Notes: a model not told the origin generated them from the sequence alone. 64,000 nt of DNA from an uncultured Clostridia bacterium (GCA_944372795.1 CALWAF010000002.1:72558-136557), one strand, 5' to 3'; counted from the stretch's first letter, positions 16,592 through 26,798 are shown. Numbers and translations: made by a program.

Positions 16592-17245
16592 TCATTCGGA
16601 AAAGCGTTCCAAAACGTAAACTTTCGTGCTTTCGCCGTCAAAGTCGGCGCGGTCGAACTCGACGGTGTCGGACTCGACGTACACGATGTCTTCGTCATCG
16701 AAAAGATCGAGGAAATCGTTCAGTTTGGCGATGTCGAAGGAGTGATCTTTCGTCTTGTAATGCATGGGGATGACGACGTCGGGCATGATGCGGTCGACAA
16801 ATTCCTTGGCTTCCTCCGCGTCGATGGTGTAGGTGCCGCCGATGGGGATCATGAGGACGTTGACGGGAGCGATGCTGTCCACCAGCATTGCCGTGCATTC
16901 CTCGCCGATGTCGCCCATGTGGCAGACGTCAACACCGTCCATGCGGAACTTGAAGACGAGGTTCTCCCCTCTTGCCGCGCCGGACTTGGAGTCGTGATAG
17001 GTCCTGCGCGCGAGGATGTGCACCCCACTGATGTCATATGCTCCGGCTGCGGAGATGACCTCGGGGTCTCCGAGCACCGCAGACAGATTATTGTGGTCGT
17101 TGTGACCGTGACTCACGGTGACGATGTCCGCAGTCACTCTCGGCATCTTGAAGCCGACGTATGAGTGGTAAGGGTCGGTGACCACCGTCGTGCCCGTGCT
17201 TTCCTCGAGCCTGAAAGCGGAGTGACCCAGCCATGTTATTTTCAC
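16592..17245 (-). CDS. MBL-fold metal-dependent hydrolase (UPF0173-like)
   Basis: A GTG start at 17245 lies 5 nt after AGGAGG. The translation VKITWLGHSAFRLE..VSHGHNDH is typical of this family. Confidence 0.75.
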   Translation of the reverse strand: MKITWLGHSAFRLEESTGTTVVTDPYHSYVGFKMPRVTADIVTVSHGHNDHNNLSAVLGDPEVISAAGAYDISGVHILARRTYHDSKSGAARGENLVFKFRMDGVDVCHMGDIGEECTAMLVDSIAPVNVLMIPIGGTYTIDAEEAKEFVDRIMPDVVIPMHYKTKDHSFDIAKLNDFLDLFDDEDIVYVESDTVEFDRADFDGESTKVYVLERFSE

Positions 17246-17271
17246 TTCTTCCTCCTGAAATTGCCTCTCGG

Positions 17272-18429
17272 CTATTGCTGTTTCTTTTCGAGTGATGCCA
17301 CCAGCTCTTTGATCTTGTCGAAGGGATCGAGCAGGTTGGAGACCGCCTCGTTCAGATTGCCCGCCGCGATGATGTAGGCGAGATACTTCGAGCAGTCGGC
17401 TTCCACAAACCACTTGCGCTCTTCAAGCTCCGGTATGCGGTAAGCGAGATTGGTGGAGATGACCGCGTCGAAGAGCCCTTCCTCATAGGCGCGGTCGAAC
17501 TTCTCAAGCCCCTCGGTGAAGAGGGCGAACGTCGCGGAAAGGAAGACGCGCTGCGCACCCTTTTCCTTGATCTCTTTTGCGAGTTTGATGAGACTGTCGC
17601 CCGTGGCAATCATGTCGTCGGCGACGAAGACGTTCATGCCCATGACGGGAGAACCGATATACTCGTGCGCGATTATGGGATTGCGTCCGTTGACGACGCT
17701 GGCGTAGTCGCGGCGCTTATAGAACATACCGAGGTCCAGCCCCAGCACGGAAGCGTAGTACACATTCCTGCCTATGGCGCCTTCGTCCGGAGAGATGCAC
17801 ATGAGGCTGTTCTTGTCCAGCTTGACGTCGGGGAAACTCTTGGTGAGCGCTTTCAGCACCTGATAGGTGGGGAAATAGTTGTCGAAGCCCATCATGGGCA
17901 CGGAGTTCTGCACTCTGGGATCGTGCGCGTCGAAGGTGATGATGTCGCTCACGCCCATGTCGTAGAGCTCGTGGAGCATAAGCGCGCAGTCCAGCGACTC
18001 TCTGCCCGCCCTTCTGTGCTGCCTGCCCTCGTAGAGCATGGGCATGACCACGGTGATGCGCTCGGGTTTGCAGTTCGCGGCGCAGATGATGCGCTTGAGA
18101 TCCGCAAAATGCTCGTCGGGAGTCATCGGGATCTCCTTGCCGTAGAAGTTGTAGGTGACGCCGTGGTTCGCCATATCGCAGATGACGAAGAGATCCTTGC
18201 CTCGGAGCGTCTCCATCACCATCGCCTTGCCCTCGCCGTTGGTGAAACGGGGATAGCTTGCGTCGATGATGAAAGTGTCCTTCTTGAGGGAGCCGTCCAC
18301 ATCCACCGACTTATACCATTCAACCAGATTTTTGTCTACGAGTTTGGCGAGTTCACGCGCGCCGGGAGTGGCAATGAGAGCGAGAGGACCTTTCGGTCTT
18401 GCGGTGCTCAATGTAAATTTGGATGTCAT
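17272..18429 (-). CDS. prs: Ribose-phosphate pyrophosphokinase family protein (long form)
   Basis: The start is taken at MTSKF. The motifs ITFDAHDPRVQN and FVADDMIATGDS (PRPP-binding loop) are present. Confidence 0.75.
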   Translation of the reverse strand: MTSKFTLSTARPKGPLALIATPGARELAKLVDKNLVEWYKSVDVDGSLKKDTFIIDASYPRFTNGEGKAMVMETLRGKDLFVICDMANHGVTYNFYGKEIPMTPDEHFADLKRIICAANCKPERITVVMPMLYEGRQHRRAGRESLDCALMLHELYDMGVSDIITFDAHDPRVQNSVPMMGFDNYFPTYQVLKALTKSFPDVKLDKNSLMCISPDEGAIGRNVYYASVLGLDLGMFYKRRDYASVVNGRNPIIAHEYIGSPVMGMNVFVADDMIATGDSLIKLAKEIKEKGAQRVFLSATFALFTEGLEKFDRAYEEGLFDAVISTNLAYRIPELEERKWFVEADCSKYLAYIIAAGNLNEAVSNLLDPFDKIKELVASLEKKQQ

Positions 18430-18557
18430 GGGCGTCCTCCGTGATGTTCGAAAACAGTATATCAAAATCGCGTCCGCATTTCAACCTATTTATAACGATT
18501 ATTATCGGAACTTTTGTCTTTTGCGCGAAAAGCCCGCGCCCTCTCCCGCAAAATGCG

Positions 18558-19682
18558 CTAAATGATCTCCGCCAGCACGGAATTCATCACCGCGATCCCC
18601 TCGTCCGTGAGGCTCACTCTGCCTCCCCCTCTTTTAAGGAACCGTTCCACTCTCCCGAAGTCGCGCCCCGCAAGCAGCTCTTCCTCTATACCCTCTCGCG
18701 TGCGCAGCCCCAGCATGATGCGCTCGGTACGAATGTCCGCCTCGGTCAGCACCTGCATATCCGCACGCGGCACGTCGTCGAAGGCGTCCACGCAATTTAT
18801 CCCGCCGATGTACGCATTCAGGTCTTTGGGGGACGCGAAACGGATCTCGGCGCCGAGAGCTTTTCCCTCCGCATCCGTCTTGACGAGGGAATGCGCGCCC
18901 GCGCCCAGCCCCAGATATTCCTCCCGCGTCCAATAGCCGAGGTTGTGGCGGCACTCGAAGCCGCGCTTCGCGAAGTTGGACACCTCATAGCGCTCTATCC
19001 CCCCACGGGAAAGCACGTCCGCAGCGATGTCCATATACTCCGCCACTTCGTCATCGGAGGGCAGCCACACTCTGTCCTCCGCGACCGCACAGGCAAGCGG
19101 AGTGCCCTCCTCGAGCGTGAGTTCGTAGACGGAAACGTGAGGAGCAAGCTCCCCCACTTCCCCCACCTCTTCCCGCACGAGCTGCGGCGTGTCGTAAGGA
19201 AGACCGACTATGATGTCAAGCGAAAAATTGTCGAAATTCTTTGCTATGCGCGCTGCGGCAGCCCTAGCCGTCGCGGCGTCGTGGACGCGTCCCACCGAGC
19301 GCAGATTGTCGTCCGAGAGGCTTTGTACGCCCATACTCACCCTGTTCACTCCCGCGTCGCGGAAGGCGGAAAGCACCTCGTCCGTCGCGCTCTCGGGATT
19401 GACCTCGACGCTGACCTCGGACGGGCCGAAATGTTTGAAGGCGCTCCGCAGTTTGTTGAACAGGCTCTCTATCTCGCGGGGGGTCATGAGCGAGGGAGTC
19501 CCTCCGCCCAGATACACCGTGTCGATGACGGCGTTCGGAAAGCGCTCCCCCGCGAAGGTGATTTCGCGTTTTAATGCCGTTAGATAGCTGAAAACCAGCG
19601 CTTCGCTGCAATTTGCATAGGATGTAAAATCGCAGTACGCGCACTTTTTTCTGCAAAAGGGAAAGTGAATGTAGAGTTCCAT
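18558..19682 (-). CDS. hemW: Radical SAM heme chaperone HemW (oxygen-independent coproporphyrinogen oxidase-like)
   Basis: The start MELYIHFPFCRKKCAYCDF carries the CxxxCxxC radical SAM motif. It begins 2 nt after the lepA stop, which is the conserved lepA-hemW arrangement. Confidence 0.85.
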   Translation of the reverse strand: MELYIHFPFCRKKCAYCDFTSYANCSEALVFSYLTALKREITFAGERFPNAVIDTVYLGGGTPSLMTPREIESLFNKLRSAFKHFGPSEVSVEVNPESATDEVLSAFRDAGVNRVSMGVQSLSDDNLRSVGRVHDAATARAAAARIAKNFDNFSLDIIVGLPYDTPQLVREEVGEVGELAPHVSVYELTLEEGTPLACAVAEDRVWLPSDDEVAEYMDIAADVLSRGGIERYEVSNFAKRGFECRHNLGYWTREEYLGLGAGAHSLVKTDAEGKALGAEIRFASPKDLNAYIGGINCVDAFDDVPRADMQVLTEADIRTERIMLGLRTREGIEEELLAGRDFGRVERFLKRGGGRVSLTDEGIAVMNSVLAEII

Positions 19683-19684
19683 TA

Positions 19685-21508
19685 TTACTTGTCGTCGCCC
19701 ACTTTGAGGATGCTGACGAGCGCCGCGCTCGGCACTGCCACCGAGCCTACGCGGCGCATACGGTTTGTGCCCTCTTTCTGCTTCTCCAGCAGTTTCTTTT
19801 TGCGGGTGATGTCGCCGCCGTAGCACTTTGCAAGCACGTCTTTGCGCAGGGCTTTGACGGTCTCACGGGCTATGATCTTGCCGCCGATCGCTGCTTGGAT
19901 GGGGATCTCGAACAGCTGACGCGGTATGGCGTCCTTCAGTTTCTCGGCGATGCCGCGTCCCCTCGCGTACGCCTTGTCCTTGTGGACGATGAGGGAGAGC
20001 GCGTCGCACATATCGCCGTTGATGAGCATATCCAGCCTGACGAGGTCGCTCTTTTCGTAGCCGTCGGGCTCGTAGTCGAGAGAGGCGTAGCCGCGCGTGC
20101 GGGATTTGAGACTGTCGAAGAAGTCGTAGATGATCTCGTTCAGGGGAAGACGGTAGGTCATCTGCACGCGGGAGGTGTCAACATAGGTCATGTCGATGAA
20201 GACGCCGCGCTTGTCCTGACAAAGCTCCATGATCTGCCCTACGTATTCGGGCGGGGTGTAGATGGTGGCTTTGACCACGGGCTCTTCGATGCTCTCGATC
20301 TCCCCTGCGGGAGGGAGATTGGTGGGATTGTCGATGATGAGTTTCTCGCCGTCCGTCTTGGTGACGTGATAGGACACCCCGGGCGCGGTGGTGATGAGGT
20401 CGAGGTCAAACTCGCGCTCCAGCCTCTCTTCGATGATCTCCATGTGCAGAAGCCCCAGAAAACCGCAGCGGAAACCAAAGCCCAAAGCCTTGGAATTCTC
20501 CGCCTCGAAGGTGAGCGACGCGTCATTGAGCTGGAGCTTCAAAAGCGCCTCTTTGAGGTCGTTGTAGCGCGCGCCGTCGGCGGGATAGACGCCGGTGAAA
20601 ACCATGGGCGTGACCTTCTTGTAGCCTTTCAGCGGCGCTGCCGCGGGACGGTCGGCGGAGGTGATGGTGTCACCCACCGCTGTGTCCGCGACGTTCTTTA
20701 TGCTGGCGGCGATATATCCCACCTCACCCGCAGAAAGCGAGGTTGTAGGACGCATTCCGGGTGCATAAACCCCGACTTCAACCACTTCAAAGGTTTTTCC
20801 CGTGGCGAACATTTTTATCCTGTCGCCCGCCTTAACGCTGCCGTCCACGATGCGCACCATGGAGATCGCGCCTCTGTAATTGTCGTAGTAGCTGTCGAAA
20901 ATGAGGGCTTTGAGCGGCGCCTCGGGATCCCCCGACGGAGGGGGAAGTTTCTCCACGATCTGACGCAGCACTTCGTCTATGCCTATGCCCTCTTTTGCCG
21001 AGATGAGCGGGCATCCCGTAGTGTCCAGACCGATGATGTCCTCGATCTCCTTTTTCACGCCGTCCACGTCCGCGGACGCGAGGTCTATCTTGTTGACGAC
21101 GGGGAGTATCTCAAGGTCGTTGTCAAGAGCGAGATAGACGTTGGAGAGCGTCTGCGCCTCCACACCCTGCGTCGCGTCCACGACAAGGAGCGCCCCCTCG
21201 CACGCGGCGAGAGAACGGGAAACTTCATAGGTGAAATCGACGTGCCCGGGTGTGTCTATGAGGTTGAAGGTGTATTCCTCGCCTTCATAGTCGTAAAAGA
21301 GCCTGCACGTCTGCAGTTTGATGGTGATGCCCCTCTCCTTCTCGATGTCCATGTTGTCGAGAAGCTGGTCGGACATATCGCGGGAAGACACGGTGCCGGT
21401 GCGCTCGATGAGCCTGTCCGCCAGCGTGCTCTTGCCGTGGTCGATGTGGGCGATTATAGAAAAGTTGCGTATGTGTGAAAGGCTCAACACTTCCTCACTT
21501 CCCCGCAC
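19685..21508 (-). CDS. lepA: Translation elongation factor 4 (LepA)
   Basis: [28 protein letters not shown] and NKIDL form the GTPase domain, and the LepA C-terminal domain is present. The true start may lie a few codons downstream of 21508. Confidence 0.95.
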   Translation of the reverse strand: MRGSEEVLSLSHIRNFSIIAHIDHGKSTLADRLIERTGTVSSRDMSDQLLDNMDIEKERGITIKLQTCRLFYDYEGEEYTFNLIDTPGHVDFTYEVSRSLAACEGALLVVDATQGVEAQTLSNVYLALDNDLEILPVVNKIDLASADVDGVKKEIEDIIGLDTTGCPLISAKEGIGIDEVLRQIVEKLPPPSGDPEAPLKALIFDSYYDNYRGAISMVRIVDGSVKAGDRIKMFATGKTFEVVEVGVYAPGMRPTTSLSAGEVGYIAASIKNVADTAVGDTITSADRPAAAPLKGYKKVTPMVFTGVYPADGARYNDLKEALLKLQLNDASLTFEAENSKALGFGFRCGFLGLLHMEIIEERLEREFDLDLITTAPGVSYHVTKTDGEKLIIDNPTNLPPAGEIESIEEPVVKATIYTPPEYVGQIMELCQDKRGVFIDMTYVDTSRVQMTYRLPLNEIIYDFFDSLKSRTRGYASLDYEPDGYEKSDLVRLDMLINGDMCDALSLIVHKDKAYARGRGIAEKLKDAIPRQLFEIPIQAAIGGKIIARETVKALRKDVLAKCYGGDITRKKKLLEKQKEGTNRMRRVGSVAVPSAALVSILKVGDDK

Positions 21509-21536
21509 ATATGTACGGAAATTTTAACCGAAGGTA

Positions 21537-21565
21537 TTGACATTATTATAATGTAATTCTAGAAT
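21537..21565 (+). promoter_or_regulatory. Candidate promoter for the GDPD gene
   Basis: TTGACA (21537-21542), a 17-nt spacer, then TAGAAT (21560-21565). Confidence 0.55.
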
Positions 21566-21599
21566 TATATCAACAAATTTACACACGGGAGAATCAGAA

Positions 21600-22367
21600 A
21601 TGAAACTCGACTGGCTGCTTGCGACTCCGGTGGCACACCGCGGACTGCATGACGACATCCGCCCCGAGAACAGTATGCCCGCATTCGAAGCGGCGATAGA
21701 AAAGGGCTACACCATCGAGATAGACGTCCATCTCTCCTCGGACGGGCACATCGTCGTCTTCCACGACGACAACCTGAAGCGCGTCTGCGGCGTGGACAAA
21801 AAGGTGGCAAAGTGCACCCTGAAAGAGCTGAAAACGATGAAGCTCAAAGGCACCGACAACACCATCCCCACTTTTGACGAGTTCCTCGCCCTAGTGGACG
21901 GCAAGGTGGGCATCCTCTGCGAGATAAAAGGGTTGAACCCCTACGACAACTCCATCTCAAAAGCGGTGTGTGAAAGGCTGAAGACCTACAAGGGCAAGAT
22001 CGCGCTGCAATCCTTCAACTACGGTGCGGTGAGATACTGCCGCCGTCACTCCGACCTCCCCAGCGGTCAGCTGTGCACGTGGCAGAACCCCTCCACGACG
22101 GGAAGGTCGCACCTTACGGACTTCATGGGGAAACTGTGGATCAACAAGCTCTCCAAGCCCCACTTCATCGCCTACGACGTGAGAGACCTCGAGGACAATC
22201 CCTACATCGTCAAGGCGCGCAAGTCCACCCCGGTCATAACGTGGACGGTCAACAGCCCGGAGAAGCTGGAGCGCGCGAAAAAATTCGCGGACAACATCAT
22301 CTTCGAGGACATCGAACCTCTGGTGGCGTCGGACTATATCCCCTCCCACAAGCCCCGTACGCTTTGA
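21600..22367 (+). CDS. Glycerophosphodiester phosphodiesterase family protein
   Basis: 255-aa ORF carrying the GDPD motifs AHRGLH..PENSMPAFEAA and IEIDVHLSSDGHIVVFHD. Confidence 0.85.
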   Translation: MKLDWLLATPVAHRGLHDDIRPENSMPAFEAAIEKGYTIEIDVHLSSDGHIVVFHDDNLKRVCGVDKKVAKCTLKELKTMKLKGTDNTIPTFDEFLALVDGKVGILCEIKGLNPYDNSISKAVCERLKTYKGKIALQSFNYGAVRYCRRHSDLPSGQLCTWQNPSTTGRSHLTDFMGKLWINKLSKPHFIAYDVRDLEDNPYIVKARKSTPVITWTVNSPEKLERAKKFADNIIFEDIEPLVASDYIPSHKPRTL

Positions 22368-22404
22368 TCGGCGCCACGGAGCGTGACCCGCGTATCATTT
22401 AACC

Positions 22405-22433
22405 AAAAACGTCCGCATCTGCGGACGTTTTTT
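22405..22433 (+). terminator. Rho-independent terminator after the GDPD gene
   Basis: AAAAACGTCCGC-ATCT-GCGGACGTTTTTT. Confidence 0.85.
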
Positions 22434-22445
22434 GCAACAACCTTA

Positions 22446-22559
22446 TATCGGCAAAAATACAAGTGATTTGAGAAGGCAAAATCAATGTTTTTGCCGATAA
22501 CGGCAAGAATACGGAATTTATACGCATTTATAAGGCTGTTTTTTGCCGATAAAGGCAAG
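22446..22559. repeat. Three copies of a TTTTTGCCGATA-containing palindromic motif
   Basis: TATCGGCAAAAA (22446-22457) is the inverted copy. TTTTTGCCGATAACGGCAAG (22488-22507) and TTTTTTGCCGATAAAGGCAAG (22539-22559) are direct copies. TTGCCG-ATAA-CGGCAA is itself an inverted repeat. Confidence 0.7.
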
Positions 22560-22673
22560 AAAAAACGGAGCGCGGTGCGTTCCGTCTTCTCGTGTCATGA
22601 CACTGCCCGTCATAGACGGGACGAGTCTGCGCTGCTCTCACGGAAACCGCAGGAGCAGCGTCATGTCGTGCGA

Positions 22674-22907
22674 TCAGGCGTTTGCCTTCTTCCACGCCTC
22701 GACTTTGGCTTTGCTCATCTGGGTGAGCTTCTCTGCCGTGTGCTTGGACTCCGCACCGCCGTTGGTGTAGAGGAAGTAGGTGCCGTCTTCTGCGACGTAG
22801 AGGGTCTCTTCGTAGCCTGCGGGATCGCCGAACGCGCCGCATGTGACCTTCTTCACCACACTCATTTCCACGGTATCATAGCTTTTGCCCTTGACTGTCT
22901 TTTTCAT
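22674..22907 (-). CDS. Small hypothetical protein (77 aa)
   Basis: The internal ATG at 22907 is preceded by AGGAGG. The translation is MKKTVKGKSYDTVEMSVVKK.., and I recognise no family. Confidence 0.5.
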   Translation of the reverse strand: MKKTVKGKSYDTVEMSVVKKVTCGAFGDPAGYEETLYVAEDGTYFLYTNGGAESKHTAEKLTQMSKAKVEAWKKANA

Positions 22908-23057
22908 ATCTGCCTCCTGAATTTGTCGATATGTGCGGATCTGTCCGCCGTGCAGCATATTATCACATCGCGCTAAAAAAAGCAAAGGAATGGGGCTACA
23001 AATTCAAATGCACCCATAAACAGACAAATTTCGCGCGCTGCGCATTTCCCGAGGCAT

Positions 23058-23086
23058 AAAAAAAAGCCCCCGCGGCTGCGGAGGCT
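23058..23086 (-). terminator. Rho-independent terminator of the large membrane protein gene
   Basis: The minus strand reads AGCCTCCGC-AGCC-GCGGGGGCT followed by T7, 15 nt after the stop at 23101. Confidence 0.75.
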
Positions 23087-23100
23087 CTTTTAGGCGTTTG

Positions 23101-25323
23101 TCAGTCCTTCTTGAAGACGTCGGCGACGGAACGGAACCCGTCCTTGAGCGCCGCGCCGAAGGATTTGTTCATGGGCTTGATGTCCACGATCTTGCCCGTG
23201 TTGGTGATGTTGTAGACCACATAGCTGTAGTACAGCGTGAGGATGACCGTGAACACACTGAACACGATGAAGTCCGCACCCGTACGCTCGAAGTCCACGA
23301 TCATGCCGTCGGACACTATGGACGCGAAGCCGGAGTTCTTGACGATGAGTCCGACACACAGGAAGGACAGGATGGCGTAGCCGCCCATCACGCCGAAGAC
23401 GCGCTTGTCACCCGAGATGATCGCGTACAGCAAGCCGAGAGCGATGGTCATGAAGAGATAGGTGTAGGTCACTTTCAGGGTGAACACCGACACCATCGCG
23501 AGGGTGTAAGACGCAAGCAGGAGCACTTCGTGGCGGTTGCGCTTCTTGAAGTACAGCGAGCAGATGTACACCACCAGCACCAAGATGAACACGAGGTTGA
23601 GGATGGATGCCGTGTTGTTGAAGCCCTGCCCGTTCAGCGTCGCCATGCCGTAGAAACCGAACGCGTTGTCGACGAAGATCTGATTGTTGATCATCTGGCC
23701 TGCGATCATACGCATACCGTAGAAGGCGTTCTCGCCGAGGTGACCGACCGCGACGGGCAGCGTGAGAAGATACACCGCGACAAAGGCTCCGATGAGGCCG
23801 AAGACCATGACCGCGCGGTTCTTACCGAACTTCTTCAGGCTGTCGTCGTCACGATAGTACATATAACCCATATAGGTCACCGCGATGGGCGCGAGCGCGA
23901 GGGCTCTTATGTCGAGCACGGTCGCAAGCGCCATGACGGCGTACATCGCAAGATACTTCTTTTCGACGAGCAAGAGCACCGCAGCCACCATGAGCGCGAG
24001 CAGCAGGGACACGAAGGTGTTGCTCATGCCGCTCATCACGAGGGCGACGGGAAGCACCGCATAAAGCGCCGCAGCAATGACGGAGACCTTGTCGCCGGCG
24101 TACTTTCTGCCGTAGAAGTAGATCATCGCCACCACAGCCATGTCGGCGAGCACGCCCACCATCCTGATGAGCACAGACACGCCGTCCGCGGTGAGGTTCT
24201 GCCCCACGGCGCCGATGATAGCGAGGATGTACATCGCGCCGGGCGCCATGACGGTGACGTCGATATTTGCAAAGTTGGAGGCATTGGCATAGACATCGCC
24301 GACACCGTGGGAAGCGAGCCATCTTGCGAGCTCCACGGTGGCATCCATCTCGCCGCCGAAACCGTACATCGTAAGCAGGAAGATGAGGCGGACGAGGAAG
24401 GTGCCCAGCATCAGCATACCCGCGACGAAGAAGCAGTTCGTCCACCACTTGCCGGACACCGCCTTTGCGTGAGTTTTGTCTTTGCCCTTGCCTGCGGCAT
24501 AAGAGGGCGCGGACGCGTCGGTGCCGTCAAAGTTGACGAAGACATCCGTCTTGGCGTACGCCTTCTTGATGAGGACGTAGGCACACACTACGGCTGCCGC
24601 CGAGAAGATGGTGAGGAAGGTCACGAAGAGGGTGCCCGAAAGATCGCGGTTGTATCTTGCGATCTGGGACATCCTGAAATCGTAGACTGTCGTGCCCTCG
24701 GGGACGGCGGAAGGATCGACGCGCATCATGGACACGTTGTCGAAATACGCCCTGCCCTCGCACTGCTCGTCCTCGGCGCCTAAAGAGAGCGCGAGAGTGA
24801 GATAATCCGTGTTGAGGGGCTTCACATAGAACGTGAGCGTCATCCAGCCGTCGGTGGTGGTCTTCTGCTCGCGGAAGAAGTAGTCGGGATTCTCGAGGAA
24901 GGTCACATAGACGCCGCGGAAAGTGTCGTCCTTGCCACCGGTGAGAGAGGGAACTCTGACGTCCACGCTCACACGATAGACGGCTCCGCGGTCCACCGCG
25001 ACTTCCTGCGAGAGATACACCCATCCGCTTTCTCCGTCGGTGTCGAGATAGATGTAGTAGCTGCCGTGATCCTCATAAAGGTCGCTGTCCGAGGAAACGG
25101 GCTGTCTGCCGTAAGGAGAATCCACGTCCTCGTCCCACTCGCCGCCGAGAGTCCAGCCGTCTATGGTGAAACCGTTGTCGCCCGAGGTATAAGACGAGAA
25201 ATCGCCGTTGGAGATGAGCTCGGTGTCCACCGCAGTGCGGCCGTCGTTGCACGCCGAAAGTACAAATAGTGCCAGTACGAGTACCAGCACTATCACACAT
25301 ATCGAAACAAGTCTTTTCTTCAT
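23101..25323 (-). CDS. Lipoprotein-anchored polytopic membrane protein; putative GT-C/ArnT-like glycosyltransferase with an extracytoplasmic beta-rich domain
   Basis: 740-aa ORF. A signal peptide with the lipobox LSAC is followed by about 200 aa of soluble beta-rich sequence and then more than 10 TM helices. The functional assignment is tentative. Confidence 0.4.
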   Translation of the reverse strand: MKKRLVSICVIVLVLVLALFVLSACNDGRTAVDTELISNGDFSSYTSGDNGFTIDGWTLGGEWDEDVDSPYGRQPVSSDSDLYEDHGSYYIYLDTDGESGWVYLSQEVAVDRGAVYRVSVDVRVPSLTGGKDDTFRGVYVTFLENPDYFFREQKTTTDGWMTLTFYVKPLNTDYLTLALSLGAEDEQCEGRAYFDNVSMMRVDPSAVPEGTTVYDFRMSQIARYNRDLSGTLFVTFLTIFSAAAVVCAYVLIKKAYAKTDVFVNFDGTDASAPSYAAGKGKDKTHAKAVSGKWWTNCFFVAGMLMLGTFLVRLIFLLTMYGFGGEMDATVELARWLASHGVGDVYANASNFANIDVTVMAPGAMYILAIIGAVGQNLTADGVSVLIRMVGVLADMAVVAMIYFYGRKYAGDKVSVIAAALYAVLPVALVMSGMSNTFVSLLLALMVAAVLLLVEKKYLAMYAVMALATVLDIRALALAPIAVTYMGYMYYRDDDSLKKFGKNRAVMVFGLIGAFVAVYLLTLPVAVGHLGENAFYGMRMIAGQMINNQIFVDNAFGFYGMATLNGQGFNNTASILNLVFILVLVVYICSLYFKKRNRHEVLLLASYTLAMVSVFTLKVTYTYLFMTIALGLLYAIISGDKRVFGVMGGYAILSFLCVGLIVKNSGFASIVSDGMIVDFERTGADFIVFSVFTVILTLYYSYVVYNITNTGKIVDIKPMNKSFGAALKDGFRSVADVFKKD

Positions 25324-25334
25324 CGTTTACCTTG

Positions 25335-25676
25335 TTATCTGATCTCTTTGAGTTTTGCAGCCTTACCGGTGCGTTCGCGCAGATAATAGAGTTTCGCGCG
25401 TCTGACCTTGCCGTGGCGCACCACTTCGATGTGATCGATCTTGGGGGAATGCATGGGGAAAGTCCTCTCCACCCCCACGCCGTAAGTCACGCGGCGGACG
25501 GTGAAAGTCTCGCGGATGCCGCCGTTCTTCTTGGCGATGACGATGCCTTCGTAAGACTGCAGTCTCTCGCGGTTGCCTTCCACGACTTTGACGAAGACTT
25601 TGACCTGATCGCCGATGGCGATCTCGGGCAGATCCGTTCTCATGCCTTCTTTTTCGATGGTGTCGATAATGTTCAT
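25335..25676 (-). CDS. rplS: 50S ribosomal protein L19
   Basis: 113-aa ORF with [41 protein letters not shown], a typical L19 sequence. Confidence 0.97.
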   Translation of the reverse strand: MNIIDTIEKEGMRTDLPEIAIGDQVKVFVKVVEGNRERLQSYEGIVIAKKNGGIRETFTVRRVTYGVGVERTFPMHSPKIDHIEVVRHGKVRRAKLYYLRERTGKAAKLKEIR

Positions 25677-25750
25677 TGCTGACTGTCCTCCTTTTTACTA
25701 AACGTTCTTAACGGTATTCCCGCAAGCGGAACGTCCGAGTCACGCGTGTT

Positions 25751-25779
25751 ATAATATCATATAATTTTTTTTATCACAA
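25751..25779 (-). promoter_or_regulatory. Candidate promoter for rplS
   Basis: The minus strand has TTGTGA, a 17-nt spacer, then TATTAT with a TGa extended -10. It lies about 75 nt upstream of the rplS ATG. Confidence 0.5.
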
Positions 25780-25822
25780 GCGATTGACACGCCCGTTTTC
25801 AAAATTTATCCGCAATTTTCGC

Positions 25823-26188
25823 CTATTTTCGGCGTTTTTTCGGAGTGGACGCGTCAAATGCGTCCTCGGTGTAGACCACCCTGCCGTCCGTGACCTCCGC
25901 AACGTCGAAGCGGACGGGTACGCCCGAAAGTCCGTGGGAGGCGAGATACGCCTCCGCCGCGCGAACGTAGCGCAACATCTGCGTGTCCGTGACGTGCTCT
26001 GCGGGACGGGCGTCGAAAAAGTCGGATGATTTGACTTCGACAAACACCAGCGTCCTGCCGTCTGCCGCCACGATGTCCACTTCCACGCCCGCGATCCTGC
26101 GGTTGCGCTCTAGCACCGTGCACCCTCTCTTCACGAGATATTCCGCGGCAAGCTGCTCCGCGATGCGACCCGCCGAACGCCTATTCAT
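25823..26188 (-). CDS. yraN: YraN-family (UPF0102) endonuclease-like protein
   Basis: 121-aa ORF with AEQLAAEYLVKRGCTVLERNRR..EVDIVA..LVFVEVK. Confidence 0.85.
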   Translation of the reverse strand: MNRRSAGRIAEQLAAEYLVKRGCTVLERNRRIAGVEVDIVAADGRTLVFVEVKSSDFFDARPAEHVTDTQMLRYVRAAEAYLASHGLSGVPVRFDVAEVTDGRVVYTEDAFDASTPKKRRK

Positions 26189-26798
26189 CGCAGTCCACGA
26201 AGTGCCCGATGAAGGTGCGGCGGTGTATGGGCGTGGCGCCCAGCTCTTTCAGCGCCGCGATGTGCTCCGCCGTGCCGTATCCCACGTTGCGGGAAAAACC
26301 GTAGCCGGGATAGCGCTCGTCCATCTCCCGCATGAACGCGTCCCTCTCGACTTTGGCAAGTATTGACGCTGCGGCTATGGAATAGCTCTGCGCGTCGCCG
26401 TGCACTATGCCGAAAGTGCGCACGGGGATGTCGAGTTTCAGCGCATCCACGATGACGACGTCGGGCGTCACCGCAAGCGACCCGACAGCCTCCGCCATGC
26501 ACGCCTTGGTGGCGGCAAGGATGTTCATCTCGTCTATCTTCCCGTTGTCGTAAGACACCACCGAATAAGCAATTGCCTTGCTCTTTATCTCTTCGGCAAG
26601 CCGTTCGCGCTTCTTCTTCGCCACCTTCTTGCTGTCGTTGACGCCCTCGATAAGATCGTCGAGGGGCATTATTACGGCGGCGCACGTGACGGGTCCCGCA
26701 AGGGGTCCCCTGCCCACTTCGTCCACACCGCAGATGAGCTTACACCCCTCTGCCATGAGGCGTTTTTCGTATTCCATCAGATCGGCAGCATGCACCAT
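26181..26798 (-). CDS. rnhB: Ribonuclease HII
   Basis: CGVDEVGRGPLAGPV and DSKK motifs in a 205-aa ORF. Confidence 0.93.
   Translation of the reverse strand: MVHAADLMEYEKRLMAEGCKLICGVDEVGRGPLAGPVTCAAVIMPLDDLIEGVNDSKKVAKKKRERLAEEIKSKAIAYSVVSYDNGKIDEMNILAATKACMAEAVGSLAVTPDVVIVDALKLDIPVRTFGIVHGDAQSYSIAAASILAKVERDAFMREMDERYPGYGFSRNVGYGTAEHIAALKELGATPIHRRTFIGHFVDCDE

Noticed and set aside
19895-21478. 527-aa plus-strand ORF opposite lepA
   Set aside because: lepA on the minus strand has unambiguous GTPase motifs. The antisense product is low-complexity and rich in G, R, V, D and H.
23098-24783. 561-aa plus-strand ORF rich in H, D, E and R
   Set aside because: It is the mirror image of the hydrophobic 740-aa membrane protein gene, has no SD or motifs, and its composition is an artefact of antisense translation.
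25677-25750. L19 ribosomal-protein leader upstream of rplS
   Set aside because: The leader has a plausible ACGTTC/GAACGT stem with an inner hairpin. I cannot verify the family consensus from memory, so it is left uncalled pending cmscan.
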